This document shows positions 9,996 to 18,872 of a DNA stretch of 64,000 nucleotides, one piece after another. Positions within the stretch are counted from its first letter, which is position 1. Each line of letters starts with the position of its first letter. The DNA comes from Ignavibacteriota bacterium. GTDB lineage: Bacteria > Bacteroidota > Ignavibacteria > UBA10030 > CAVZMI01. The notes below the pieces were generated by a model that was not told the DNA's origin, ran no database searches, and was given only the letters and a program-made list of their open reading frames with translations. Where the stretch lies: contig CAVZMI010000021.1 in assembly GCA_963776275.1 (NCBI GenBank), positions 32,001-96,000 of the forward strand. Reading direction: 5' to 3'. A program made the translations under genes and the position numbers.

Positions 9996-10823
9996 ATGAC
10001 GAAGCCCGATATAAAAGTCATGGTCGCAGTACCGACATTCCTGTCGGTGTTCCACACCGCTTTGTGTGAACATCTCAAGAAATTACTTAAGACGGAGGAA
10101 ATAGTACTCCGATCAGTGACCGATGACCCTGATGAGCAGAAGGAGCGTTTGAATCGGTTCCTGGTACAGGCAAATCCCACCGCTTTGATCGCAATTAGTG
10201 TACGGCCTGATTCCGAAACGATCGCTGCCTACACCGCAGCAGGAGTTCCCATCGTGCTGATAGACGAAGAGACAGCAGGCGTATCGACAATTACAACCGA
10301 CAATGTCACGGGGGGACGACTCGCCGGAGAGTACCTGATCGGGAAAGGCAGGAAGAGGATTGCAATTGTTTCTGGAAGAACGAAAGTGAAGGGCGGCTAC
10401 AACGCGGAGCAAAGGCTCAAGGGATTTCAACAGGCTCTGAGCGTCAATGGGCTTTCTATACCGCCCGGGTGCGCCATCGAAGTTCCTAACTACTCTCGCG
10501 AGGACGGCGTCGAGGTAATGCCGAAGCTATTGGAAAAAGAGATCGATGCCGTCTTTTGCGCAGCAGGTGACAACTGCGCGCTCGGTTTACTCTCGGTCGC
10601 TAGAGAGCGGGGCGTGCTGATACCCGATGACGTCGCAATCATCGGCTTCGACGACCTGCTCATAGCCCAGGTTTCGACTCCCCCACTCACTACCATCAAG
10701 CAGCCTTTATCGGATATGGCCTATGCCGCAAACAAGATGGCCGTGACCGACAGAACCGAAATTCTCCGCAAGCCTCAGCATGTAGTATTCAATCCCGAAA
10801 TCGTGGTTCGCCAATCGGCATGA
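9996..10823 (+). CDS. LacI/GalR-type ligand-binding domain protein lacking the HTH
   Basis: DNVTGGRLAGEYL, RLKGFQQAL, DAVFCAAGD, IPDDVAIIGFDD, PPLTTIKQP, IVVRQS; GAGGT RBS before ATG. Confidence 0.85.
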   Translation: MTKPDIKVMVAVPTFLSVFHTALCEHLKKLLKTEEIVLRSVTDDPDEQKERLNRFLVQANPTALIAISVRPDSETIAAYTAAGVPIVLIDEETAGVSTITTDNVTGGRLAGEYLIGKGRKRIAIVSGRTKVKGGYNAEQRLKGFQQALSVNGLSIPPGCAIEVPNYSREDGVEVMPKLLEKEIDAVFCAAGDNCALGLLSVARERGVLIPDDVAIIGFDDLLIAQVSTPPLTTIKQPLSDMAYAANKMAVTDRTEILRKPQHVVFNPEIVVRQSA

Positions 10824-10841
10824 AACGATTACGCATGCGTC

Positions 10842-10879
10842 ATGCGGGGGAGGCGTTGCATGCAACGCCTCCCCCGCAT
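10842..10879. repeat. Perfect 38-bp palindrome, REP-like
   Basis: ATGCGGGGGAGGCGTTGCA|TGCAACGCCTCCCCCGCAT; partial copy TTGCATGCAACGCCT at 10972. Confidence 0.8.
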
Positions 10880-11253
10880 AAGAATTCTTGCATTTACATT
10901 GCTGCAGATGCCTTCCAATCACCACCAATCTATTTATATATGTCATAATTGGGTTACTGTGGAAGTAACTATTGCATGCAACGCCTACCCGATGCTTTTC
11001 AAAAGATCCCTTAGACTCTTCAGTGAATGATTTCTTCTGAAGGTGCTCTTTTTGATCCTTGATATCGCTATACATCGTTGAAACTCAAATTGCTCAGGAC
11101 TTAAATTTAATCGAAGTTGGGTTATAATTATCACTCTTAGCTATGAACTTCTACCGTACTCGTCGTGTGATCGAATTCCCTCGGAGTGGGATGAGCGAGT
11201 CAAAGGGGTGCTCTACGAATCGGTTCTTTCAGACAGGGTGACATTAATTATTC

Positions 11254-12309
11254 TTACTTCACAAACCAATGTTTCGTCCGGTTACAGAACGAACACACAG
11301 AGAGCATCACCGGAACCTCAACCAACACACCTACGACAGTCACAAGCGCTGCACCCGAACCTGGACCGAATAGTGCAATCGCTGTAGCCACCGCAAGCTC
11401 GAAGAAATTGCTGGCGCCAATTAACGCTCCCGGTGCTGCAATATTATGCGGGACTTTAAAAAATTTCATCAGACCATACGCGAGCGCCGAATTGAAATAG
11501 ACCTGTATTAAAAGCGGAATGGCGATCAACAGAACATGAAGTGATCGACCTGTGATGTTTTCCGCCTGAAAGGCGAAGATAAAAACAAGTGTCGTTAGAA
11601 GAGCAATAATCGTAATCGGATGGAACAATCTCACATAGGTTCCTTCGTACCACTCAAGACCTTTAAATTTTATCAGTACAATACGACTGAGTGAACCGAG
11701 AGCAAGTGGTATGACAATAAAAATCAAAACGCTATAAAGAAGAACGTGGAAAGGAACCGTCAGTGAACTCGCACCGCTGACTAATAAGCTCACAATCGGA
11801 GCAAATAAAACAAGCATTATCAAGTCGTTGACAGAAACCTGTACGAGCGTATATGCCGGATCGCCATCGGTAAGGTACGACCAGACAAACACCATTGCGG
11901 TACATGGAGCCGCCGCAAGAATAATCGCACCGGCAATATATTGATCGGCAAGTTCGGCACCGATCAGCGGAAAGAATAAATGTTTGAAGAAAATCCAGGC
12001 GATCAACGCCATTGAAAACGGCTTCACCATCCAGTTGACTAACAGTGTAACGAGAAGTCCTTTCGGTTTTTTCCGAACATTGAAGATACTCGTAAAATCA
12101 ATCTTCAGCATCATCGGATAGATCATCAGCCAGATCAGCACGGCGATCGGGGCGTTGATCTGGCTTCCCTCGCCAAATTCCCAGCTACGTAAAAGATCGG
12201 TGAGTCCGGGAAAAAATGATCCAAGGAGAATTCCACCGATCATACAGAGAGCGACCCAGATCGTCAGGTATCGCTCGAAAAAAGAGAGTCGTTTTTTAGT
12301 GGTTTCCAT
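11254..12309 (-). CDS. acr3: ACR3-family arsenite efflux transporter
   Basis: LSFFERYLTIWV, MIYPMM, APCTAMVFVWS, SNFFELAVA, GVLVEVPVML. Confidence 0.95.
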   Translation of the reverse strand: METTKKRLSFFERYLTIWVALCMIGGILLGSFFPGLTDLLRSWEFGEGSQINAPIAVLIWLMIYPMMLKIDFTSIFNVRKKPKGLLVTLLVNWMVKPFSMALIAWIFFKHLFFPLIGAELADQYIAGAIILAAAPCTAMVFVWSYLTDGDPAYTLVQVSVNDLIMLVLFAPIVSLLVSGASSLTVPFHVLLYSVLIFIVIPLALGSLSRIVLIKFKGLEWYEGTYVRLFHPITIIALLTTLVFIFAFQAENITGRSLHVLLIAIPLLIQVYFNSALAYGLMKFFKVPHNIAAPGALIGASNFFELAVATAIALFGPGSGAALVTVVGVLVEVPVMLSVCSFCNRTKHWFVK

Positions 12310-12312
12310 CGA

Positions 12313-12738
12313 CTATTCCCGAGTGAGTTCTCTCTTATAGAATTCGAGCATCCTTTTACGGATTTGATCACGAACACGGCGAAATACTTTGAGAATTTCC
12401 TCTTCATTTCCCTTTGCGTTTGCCGGATCCTCGAAGCCGATATGAAGCCTTTTCCCGACTCTGCCTGTAAACATCGGACATGTCTCTCGAGCATTATCAC
12501 AAACAGTGATCACATAATCGAATGAATCTGCAAGATATTGATCGACGTTTTTAGTACTGTTGGAGTTGATATCAATCCCGACTTCATTCATGACTTTAAT
12601 AGCAGCATGATGCACGCGATCGGCAGGTCTAGTGCCTGCGGAATGGACTTCCAACCTTGGATCGAATGATTTCAGAAATGCCTCGGCCATTTGGCTCCGG
12701 CTGGAATTACCGGTACAGAGAATAAGGACTTTTGTCAT
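12313..12738 (-). CDS. arsC: Thioredoxin-coupled arsenate reductase (LMW-PTP fold)
   Basis: CTGNSSRSQMAE (CX5R) plus resolving pair VCDNARETCP; ATGA overlap with upstream gene. Confidence 0.92.
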   Translation of the reverse strand: MTKVLILCTGNSSRSQMAEAFLKSFDPRLEVHSAGTRPADRVHHAAIKVMNEVGIDINSNSTKNVDQYLADSFDYVITVCDNARETCPMFTGRVGKRLHIGFEDPANAKGNEEEILKVFRRVRDQIRKRMLEFYKRELTRE

Positions 12739-13166
12739 AGCATAAGCTCCATACATGTTGCCGATTTTGGGCATGCGCCGGTGAATTCTGCAGATGAAGT
12801 TACCGGTCCTTGAACCATGTCTTTGTCAATTACGAGAAATCCTTTTTGCGCGAAATAATCCGCCGCAGTGGTTGTAAGTAGAATAAGCCTCTTTATATCA
12901 ATACTCTTAGCAAATGTAACAAGCGTTTGATATAATTGTTTCCCGATACCCTGACGTTGAAGTTCTTTTTGCACCACTGCTGAACGGAGAAGTCCGATAT
13001 CTCCATAGATTTCCATACCAATCGCACCGATAACATTCCCTCCATACTCGGCAACAAAGAAGTTTTCGAAATGCTGTTCGACGCAGGCTTTCGGCAGTGA
13101 AGATTCATCGAGTAATTGCATCACTACCGGGAGATCTTCTTTTCGAGCTTTTCTGATGGTAGTCAT
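12735..13166 (-). CDS. arsN2: Arsenic-resistance GNAT N-acetyltransferase (ArsN2-like)
   Basis: GLLRSAVV..QRQGIG, LLTTTAADYF, SAEFTGACPKSATCM; ars operon context. Confidence 0.8.
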   Translation of the reverse strand: MTTIRKARKEDLPVVMQLLDESSLPKACVEQHFENFFVAEYGGNVIGAIGMEIYGDIGLLRSAVVQKELQRQGIGKQLYQTLVTFAKSIDIKRLILLTTTAADYFAQKGFLVIDKDMVQGPVTSSAEFTGACPKSATCMELML

Positions 13167-13340
13167 ATTGATAAAAAGAAAATACCACGGCAACTATTTT
13201 GCTCTCTGGTGGTACTGTGCTCCCTTATCAAAATCAAAATTAATTATAGGAGCACTGCCACAGAGGCCACGGAGATCGTCCGAACAACCAACATGAGAGT
13301 ACGCAGTGTTTGAATGGCCTTTAAATTTTTTCAGTGAACA

Positions 13341-14090
13341 TTATTTACTTGCTTTGACCGTGATACTGAATGGTACGAACGGCGTTCCTTCGGGAACCGG
13401 GAAGGACCGGCTCATCTACGACCGAGATGTTTAAAAATCCAGCATCACCGATAATCTCCAGATACTCTGATCTCTCCAAAGCGCCTGATACGCAGGATGC
13501 CCAGAGCTCGAGATCCTGCCGGTCTTCTCGTTCATTTCGCCGGTATAGACGATATCGGAAACGGTGAATGAACCGCCTTTCCTGAGCACACGAAATATTT
13601 CCGAGAACGCTTTCCGTTTATCGGGAACGAGGTTGATCACACAATTGCTGATCACATGATCGATAGATTCGGAATCGACCGGCATTTGTTCGATCTCGCC
13701 TTTGCGAAATTCGGTGTTTACGATGCCGAGTTTTTGTTGGTTTTTATTTGCCAGAACAAGCATTTCATCAGTCATATCCAGTCCGATCGCTTTTCCGGTC
13801 GGCCCCACTTCACGGGCGGCAAGGAATACATCGATTCCGGCGCCGGAGCCGAGATCGAGGACTGTCATTCCCGGCTTCAAATCGCTGAATTCCGCCGGTG
13901 TCCCGCAGCCGAGTCCCAGATTAGCTTCACGGACAATGTCTGTATCAGCATTTTGATACAAATCCTTTATTGCTCCCGATGAATTCTGATCATCCTCACA
14001 TCCACAACTGCAGCCGCATTTCTTACCAGCAGTTTGCGCAATTTTACCGTAGAGTTCGCGCACAGCCTGTTTTCGATTGTCGTATGTCAT
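13341..14090 (-). CDS. arsM: Arsenite S-adenosylmethionine methyltransferase, two apparent frameshifts (~13528, ~13416)
   Basis: LGLGCGTP, VLDLGSGAGID, ISNCVINL; shifted frames give DLELWASCVSGAL and SITVKASK*. Confidence 0.85.
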
Positions 14091-14464
14091 TTGTTCCCCC
14101 TTTTATCAGATATATTTTGTAAAGAACAACATTTTTTCCGTCGTAACCAGTCTTCGCCTCTTTTCAAATCTCCCCGCATTGTAACATTATGCTCAAGAAT
14201 TTTTGAAATACAATTCAGCAGCATCTGTGCTTCCTTTTGTTTCGGCATCAGGACGGAGTAATGCTTCCAGAGGCCTTCGCGGCGGGTTTTCACAAGGCCG
14301 ACACGTCTCAGGTACGACAGATGGCGCGATGTCTTGGTCTGTGTAAACTCCGTTGCCGCCTCGATATCGCACACGCAGAGCTCCCCCCGTCGAAGAAGCA
14401 GCGCGAGAATCCGCAGGCGCGATTCATCGGACAACGCTTTTAAGATATGTGCAAGGTGATGCAT
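14087..14464 (-). CDS. arsR: ArsR/SmtB-family repressor
   Basis: KALSDESRLRIL, ELCVCDI, SRHLSYLR, C-terminal CC. Confidence 0.92.
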   Translation of the reverse strand: MHHLAHILKALSDESRLRILALLLRRGELCVCDIEAATEFTQTKTSRHLSYLRRVGLVKTRREGLWKHYSVLMPKQKEAQMLLNCISKILEHNVTMRGDLKRGEDWLRRKKCCSLQNISDKRGNK

Positions 14465-14487
14465 CGTGTTTTCCTTTCATATTCTAC

Positions 14488-14509
14488 TATATTTGCATAA
14501 ACGAATATA
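14488..14509. promoter_or_regulatory. Putative ArsR operator 1
   Basis: TATATTTGCATAAACGAATATA imperfect palindrome upstream of arsR; 20/22 identical to 17561-17582. Confidence 0.7.
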
Positions 14510-14637
14510 ATAAAGAAATGTTACATCCACAAGAAATGATAGCTTCCATTAATAATTTTCCCAATTTAAAATAAGGGGTCTGAAGCCGTGCTGCCGAGTG
14601 ATTCAACCACCACTTATGAAACCTACTGATTTTATTG

Positions 14638-14901
14638 TCATGTTTGTTTTGGCATTTGTTTCTTACAGAATTGTCTATACTCAAGGAAGAGAGCATCTTT
14701 GTATATTTCCTCCATGTTTTGTGTGATGTAGTTTCCAAATCCCTTCGCGAGCATGAGGAGCTTCAATTTCACGTCTTCCTCGTTTGAAAATTTGGAGGCA
14801 TAAACACTCTTGAAAATCTCTTCCAAACCGACAATTCCGGATTCGGAGTTGCCGACTTTGATGATTCTCGCAATTGGTTTTGCACAACATGACCGTGCCA
14901 T
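14638..14901 (-). CDS. Small hypothetical protein with N-terminal CC motif
   Basis: MARSCCAKPIARIIKVG..GIVGLEEIF; starts 3 nt after the ccdA stop. Confidence 0.7.
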   Translation of the reverse strand: MARSCCAKPIARIIKVGNSESGIVGLEEIFKSVYASKFSNEEDVKLKLLMLAKGFGNYITQNMEEIYKDALFLEYRQFCKKQMPKQT

Positions 14902-14904
14902 ATG

Positions 14905-15606
14905 TCAGAAAGCGTTGTAGATGTAATACACACCTGCCAGGATAACGAGAACCCCTGCACCTCGCTTAAGGTACGTCGCACCCCTCGACTGTTCTGTCCA
15001 GTTGAGATACTTCTGTACGGTTCCTGCAGCACCTCCGGCTCCCACAATCACCGCACAATGGCCTACTCCAAAGGCGGCGATAAGAGAGAGCGCCTGAAAC
15101 AGGTTTTTGGTTGCCACGCTGAACACCACTCCGAGCACCGGTGCCAAATAGGCGAACGTGCACGGACCAAGTCCAATGCCGAATATGAGTCCCAACAGCA
15201 ACGCCCCTTTCCACCCGCGAGTAAATGATGTACGCGGGACAAACCCACCCCATGAGAGTTTGATGACGTCCATAAGGTAGAGACCGACGACGAAAAACAC
15301 TCCGGCTACAATGATGTTGCCCCATATGCCAACGTCCCCCATCATCCTGCCGGCATAGGCGGTGATCGCTCCAATCAATCCGATCGTAATGAGAATTCCG
15401 ATACCGAATACGAAAGAGAGCGAGTACGAGCGCTTCACGCCTTCCTGTCCCTGACTGCTGATGTAACCGATAACGAGCGGAATACTTGATAGATGACATG
15501 GACTGAGAATGATGCTGATGACCCCCCATCCAAAAGCGGCAAAGAGAGCGATTTCAAATTGTTCGTTCATGGCCGTAGTGAGCCAGGTGAAAAGATTATC
15601 GAGCAT
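14905..15606 (-). CDS. ccdA: CcdA/DsbD-family transmembrane disulfide reductase
   Basis: SPCH.SSIP and GPCT cysteine motifs, about six TM helices. Confidence 0.88.
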   Translation of the reverse strand: MLDNLFTWLTTAMNEQFEIALFAAFGWGVISIILSPCHLSSIPLVIGYISSQGQEGVKRSYSLSFVFGIGILITIGLIGAITAYAGRMMGDVGIWGNIIVAGVFFVVGLYLMDVIKLSWGGFVPRTSFTRGWKGALLLGLIFGIGLGPCTFAYLAPVLGVVFSVATKNLFQALSLIAAFGVGHCAVIVGAGGAAGTVQKYLNWTEQSRGATYLKRGAGVLVILAGVYYIYNAF

Positions 15607-15609
15607 GTG

Positions 15610-16032
15610 CTATCCTCTGCTGCGGATTTTCAAGCCGTGCTTCTGGAGAAGCTTGTCGATCTCTGCTTCGGGAAAGAATCCCTCGTGCCGGAAAAATTCC
15701 TTGCTGTCTTTGTCCAGAAATACCTGTGTCGGGATAACGCGTATTCCAAACTTCTCAGCATATACACGCTGTTCCGATTTCCAGACATCATAGAACACTA
15801 CCTTGATCTGGTCACCGTACTTTTTTTCGACGGCAGCCATAACAGGCTTCATCTGGCGGCACGGGATGCATTTTACTGAACCGAGTTCAACGAAGGTTAC
15901 CAGTGTTTTTTGTGTTTTCGCGGCATCTTTTTGTTCTGTCTTATTTACTTTCGACCGGGAGAGTGCGATTCCGGCTATTCCCAACAGGAAACACATTATA
16001 AGGATCGATCTGAACAGTCTTTTCTGATTCAT
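15610..16032 (-). CDS. Exported thioredoxin-family protein
   Basis: Signal peptide; ELGSVKCIPCRQM; IPTQVFLD. Confidence 0.88.
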   Translation of the reverse strand: MNQKRLFRSILIMCFLLGIAGIALSRSKVNKTEQKDAAKTQKTLVTFVELGSVKCIPCRQMKPVMAAVEKKYGDQIKVVFYDVWKSEQRVYAEKFGIRVIPTQVFLDKDSKEFFRHEGFFPEAEIDKLLQKHGLKIRSRG

Positions 16033-16036
16033 TATT

Positions 16037-16270
16037 CTATACCTTAAGCCATTGTAAGAGTTGAGTATCTTTGGGCACTGTCCCGACACTCTTCAATTCG
16101 TCATTGATGACGAGCCCGGGTGTCATCATGATTCCGTATTTTACCATTTCTTGAAGGTCGGTTACTTTTTCAACTTCTACCGGTAATTTATGTTTTATGA
16201 TTAACTGCCGTACACGTTCCTCAAGCGTTTTACATTTTGCGCAACCGACACCAAGAATCTGAACTTTCAT
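16037..16270 (-). CDS. Small redox-active disulfide protein (MTH895-like thioredoxin)
   Basis: MKVQILGVGCAKC..YGIMMTPGLVIN. Confidence 0.88.
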   Translation of the reverse strand: MKVQILGVGCAKCKTLEERVRQLIIKHKLPVEVEKVTDLQEMVKYGIMMTPGLVINDELKSVGTVPKDTQLLQWLKV

Positions 16271-16279
16271 AGTCCACCA

Positions 16280-17290
16280 TCAATAGATGAAATAAAAAAC
16301 GTATCCCACAATAATTATTCCTATCGCGACAACACCGACAAAGATGAGAATGAGCGGGAGCTTGAGCACTTTTCGCAGAATTATAGTTTCCGGAAGCGAC
16401 AAACCGATGACCGACATCATAAAAGCCAATGCGGTTCCAAGCGATGCCCCTTTTTCCAAAAGTGCATGTACGATAGGAATTATACCGGCCGCATTGGAAT
16501 ATAGGGGAACGCCAATCAACACCGATACCGGTACAGCCCACCATGCCGACTTCCCCATGATGCTTGCCATAAAATTCTCAGGCACATATCCGTGAACTCC
16601 CGCACCGACTGCAATGCCGAAAAGAATATAGACCCACACCTTGCTCACGATGTCTCGCACGGCAATAAATCCGGCTTCTACTCGATCATCGAATGACGGC
16701 TTGTATTCCAAGACGGTATCCTGACCTTTTATGGCATACACCCATTCTTCGACGTAATGTTCGACGCGAAGTTTTCCGATCACGTAACCGGCCGATATCG
16801 CGATGAAAAGTCCCGTGCTTACATACAATAATGCCGTTTCCCATCCGAAAAGACCGAACAGTAAGACGACCGCCACCTCGTTAATCATTGGAGCTGCAAT
16901 AAGGAATGAAAATGTTACACCGAGCGGAATACCAGTCTCGACGAATCCAATGAAAAGGGGTACTGCCGAGCAGGAACAGAACGGCGTAACGATGCCGAGC
17001 ATACTTGCGAGAACGTTACCGACAAATAGTGACCGCTTTTCAAGGAGTTGCCGGGTTCTTTCGGGTGAAAAATAGCTCCTGATAATGCCAACCCCGAAGA
17101 CAACGATGGTCAGTAGAAGGAGCACTTTCGGGGCTTCGTACAGAAAAAACCGAATAGCTTCAGTCATCCGGGTCCCGGAATTCAGCGGCAGTGCTGAAAT
17201 TAGAGCACCGACAGCCGGTCCAAGAATTATATAGAGAATCACCCACACAACGATAAAAAGAAATGCAATATGTGACTTTTTCAGATTCAT
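16280..17290 (-). CDS. DUF318/ArsP-family permease
   Basis: TPFCSCSAVP, FLIAAPMINE, GVPLYSN, LSLPE. Confidence 0.9.
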   Translation of the reverse strand: MNLKKSHIAFLFIVVWVILYIILGPAVGALISALPLNSGTRMTEAIRFFLYEAPKVLLLLTIVVFGVGIIRSYFSPERTRQLLEKRSLFVGNVLASMLGIVTPFCSCSAVPLFIGFVETGIPLGVTFSFLIAAPMINEVAVVLLFGLFGWETALLYVSTGLFIAISAGYVIGKLRVEHYVEEWVYAIKGQDTVLEYKPSFDDRVEAGFIAVRDIVSKVWVYILFGIAVGAGVHGYVPENFMASIMGKSAWWAVPVSVLIGVPLYSNAAGIIPIVHALLEKGASLGTALAFMMSVIGLSLPETIILRKVLKLPLILIFVGVVAIGIIIVGYVFYFIY

Positions 17291-17293
17291 TGA

Positions 17294-17542
17294 CTATAGC
17301 TTTGCTGTATGCTCGAGAATAAGATTCTTTATCTCTTCGATCTTCGGTACGCAACCATAAGACACAACTTTTTCGTCGATCACCAATCCCGGCGTCCGCA
17401 TGATGCCGTAGGTGGCAATTTTCTGAAAATCCTCAACCTTTTCGATTGCGGCTTTCATGTTCAATTCCTGGAGGGCTTCTTCTGTTCGTTTATAAAGCGT
17501 TTTACAGTTCATGCAGCCGGGGCCAAGTACTTTAATATTCAT
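17294..17542 (-). CDS. Small redox-active disulfide protein (MTH895-like thioredoxin)
   Basis: MNIKVLGPGCMNC..YGIMRTPGLVID. Confidence 0.88.
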   Translation of the reverse strand: MNIKVLGPGCMNCKTLYKRTEEALQELNMKAAIEKVEDFQKIATYGIMRTPGLVIDEKVVSYGCVPKIEEIKNLILEHTAKL

Positions 17543-17560
17543 ATGAATTCCTTTCTTGTA

Positions 17561-17582
17561 TATATTTGCTTATACGAATATA
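17561..17582. promoter_or_regulatory. Putative ArsR operator 2
   Basis: TATATTTGCTTATACGAATATA upstream of the trx-arsP operon. Confidence 0.7.
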
Positions 17583-17724
17583 GTTAAGAATGGTTTCACA
17601 TGCAAGGAATATTTCATCATTATTTTGGCAATCCTCGAGAGATCTTTTAAGCTACTGTGACGGAATGAGAGTTATATTGTTCGGAAGGATGAGACTTCGT
17701 TGGGGATTCTCTGGTATGATCGGG

Positions 17725-18465
17725 TCAGAGCCTGTCGACCTCTGATTGGACTTCTCCCATCCGGCGTTCCAGAATATCCGCCGCCTGACTGATTTCAGTC
17801 CAATCGATCGATTCTTTTTTTAACATCGACTCTAATGATGCCGCTTTCTCCGTTACATCGGAATAACCGACGGTCCCGGCGCTTCCCTTGATATCGTGCA
17901 CGAGCCGGTGAAGGTCTTTCAATTCTCTTGATGAGACGAGATCCATCATTTTCTTCACTCGCGGAATATATAAAAGGATGAATTGCTTCTTCAGGAAGGT
18001 CAGCATATTGTCGTCTTCTTCACTCTCTGTCGCATTACCGTTCGACGGCGCTATTTCTAATTCCCTTTTTGTTCCTGAGACAAATTCATCAAATTCGGAA
18101 CCGAATATTTCGCGTAATACCGAAAGAATAACGTTTTCTTTCAGCGGTTTATGGAGAACACATGTGGCACCGAGTACCAATGCATTCTGAATTTTTTCCT
18201 GATCGTCATGACCTGTAATGACTATCACGGGGATCGATTTAGTTTTATCCTGCGATTTCAACACCTGCAGCACCTGAAGTCCATCGAGCTGTGGCATCCA
18301 GATATCAAGAAAAATGATATCCGGTATGAGCTGGATTGCAAGCTGGGCACCGCGATAGCCGTCGGAAGCCGTCGCAATATCAAAGTTCAAGCGCAGCAGA
18401 AGATAACTAGTGTTCCTACGGATCAATTCACCGTCATCCACAATCAGAGCGATTCGCTTTTTCAT
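17725..18465 (-). CDS. Response regulator with C-terminal Hpt domain
   Basis: LIVDD..FLDIWMP..KP; HDIKGSAGTVG; start could also be 18516. Confidence 0.85.
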   Translation of the reverse strand: MKKRIALIVDDGELIRRNTSYLLLRLNFDIATASDGYRGAQLAIQLIPDIIFLDIWMPQLDGLQVLQVLKSQDKTKSIPVIVITGHDDQEKIQNALVLGATCVLHKPLKENVILSVLREIFGSEFDEFVSGTKRELEIAPSNGNATESEEDDNMLTFLKKQFILLYIPRVKKMMDLVSSRELKDLHRLVHDIKGSAGTVGYSDVTEKAASLESMLKKESIDWTEISQAADILERRMGEVQSEVDRL

Positions 18466-18499
18466 TGAGGGAACATCCTGCGGCGATTGTGCCGTGATT

Positions 18500-18760
18500 T
18501 CATTTGGCGGTGTCATGAGGTATTCTCTTATGTCGAGGCTGGAGAGCATGCGTAAGATCTGCCACATATTCCTTATCCACATGTGCGGCATCAGCACTTT
18601 CCTGCTTAATCCGCTCAAAAATTTCGGCCCGATGTACTTTTACCTGTTTCGGAGCATCGATGCCAATTTTTACCTGGCTTCCTTCGATACCGACGACGGT
18701 GATTTTAATTTCATCACCGATTGTGATGACTTCCCCCAACTTCCGCGTTAATACAAGCAT
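18500..18760 (-). CDS. csrA: Carbon storage regulator CsrA
   Basis: [41 protein letters not shown]. Confidence 0.95.
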   Translation of the reverse strand: MLVLTRKLGEVITIGDEIKITVVGIEGSQVKIGIDAPKQVKVHRAEIFERIKQESADAAHVDKEYVADLTHALQPRHKRIPHDTAK

Positions 18761-18872
18761 GAGATCCCGTCCCGTATTTTGATTATAGTGCAATTATAGG
18801 ATGCGCCACTTATTTTTTAAATCTATTTTTACCATTGATATATTGGCTGTCACACTCATCCGACAAACGTGA

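Noticed and set aside
12695-12720. ArsC CTGNSSR as an inactive variant
   Set aside because: The catalytic CX5R and both resolving cysteines are present; the replaced Cys is not the nucleophile
18789-18810. sigma54 promoter upstream of csrA (TGGCGC..TTGCA)
   Set aside because: GG to GC spacing is not 10 nt
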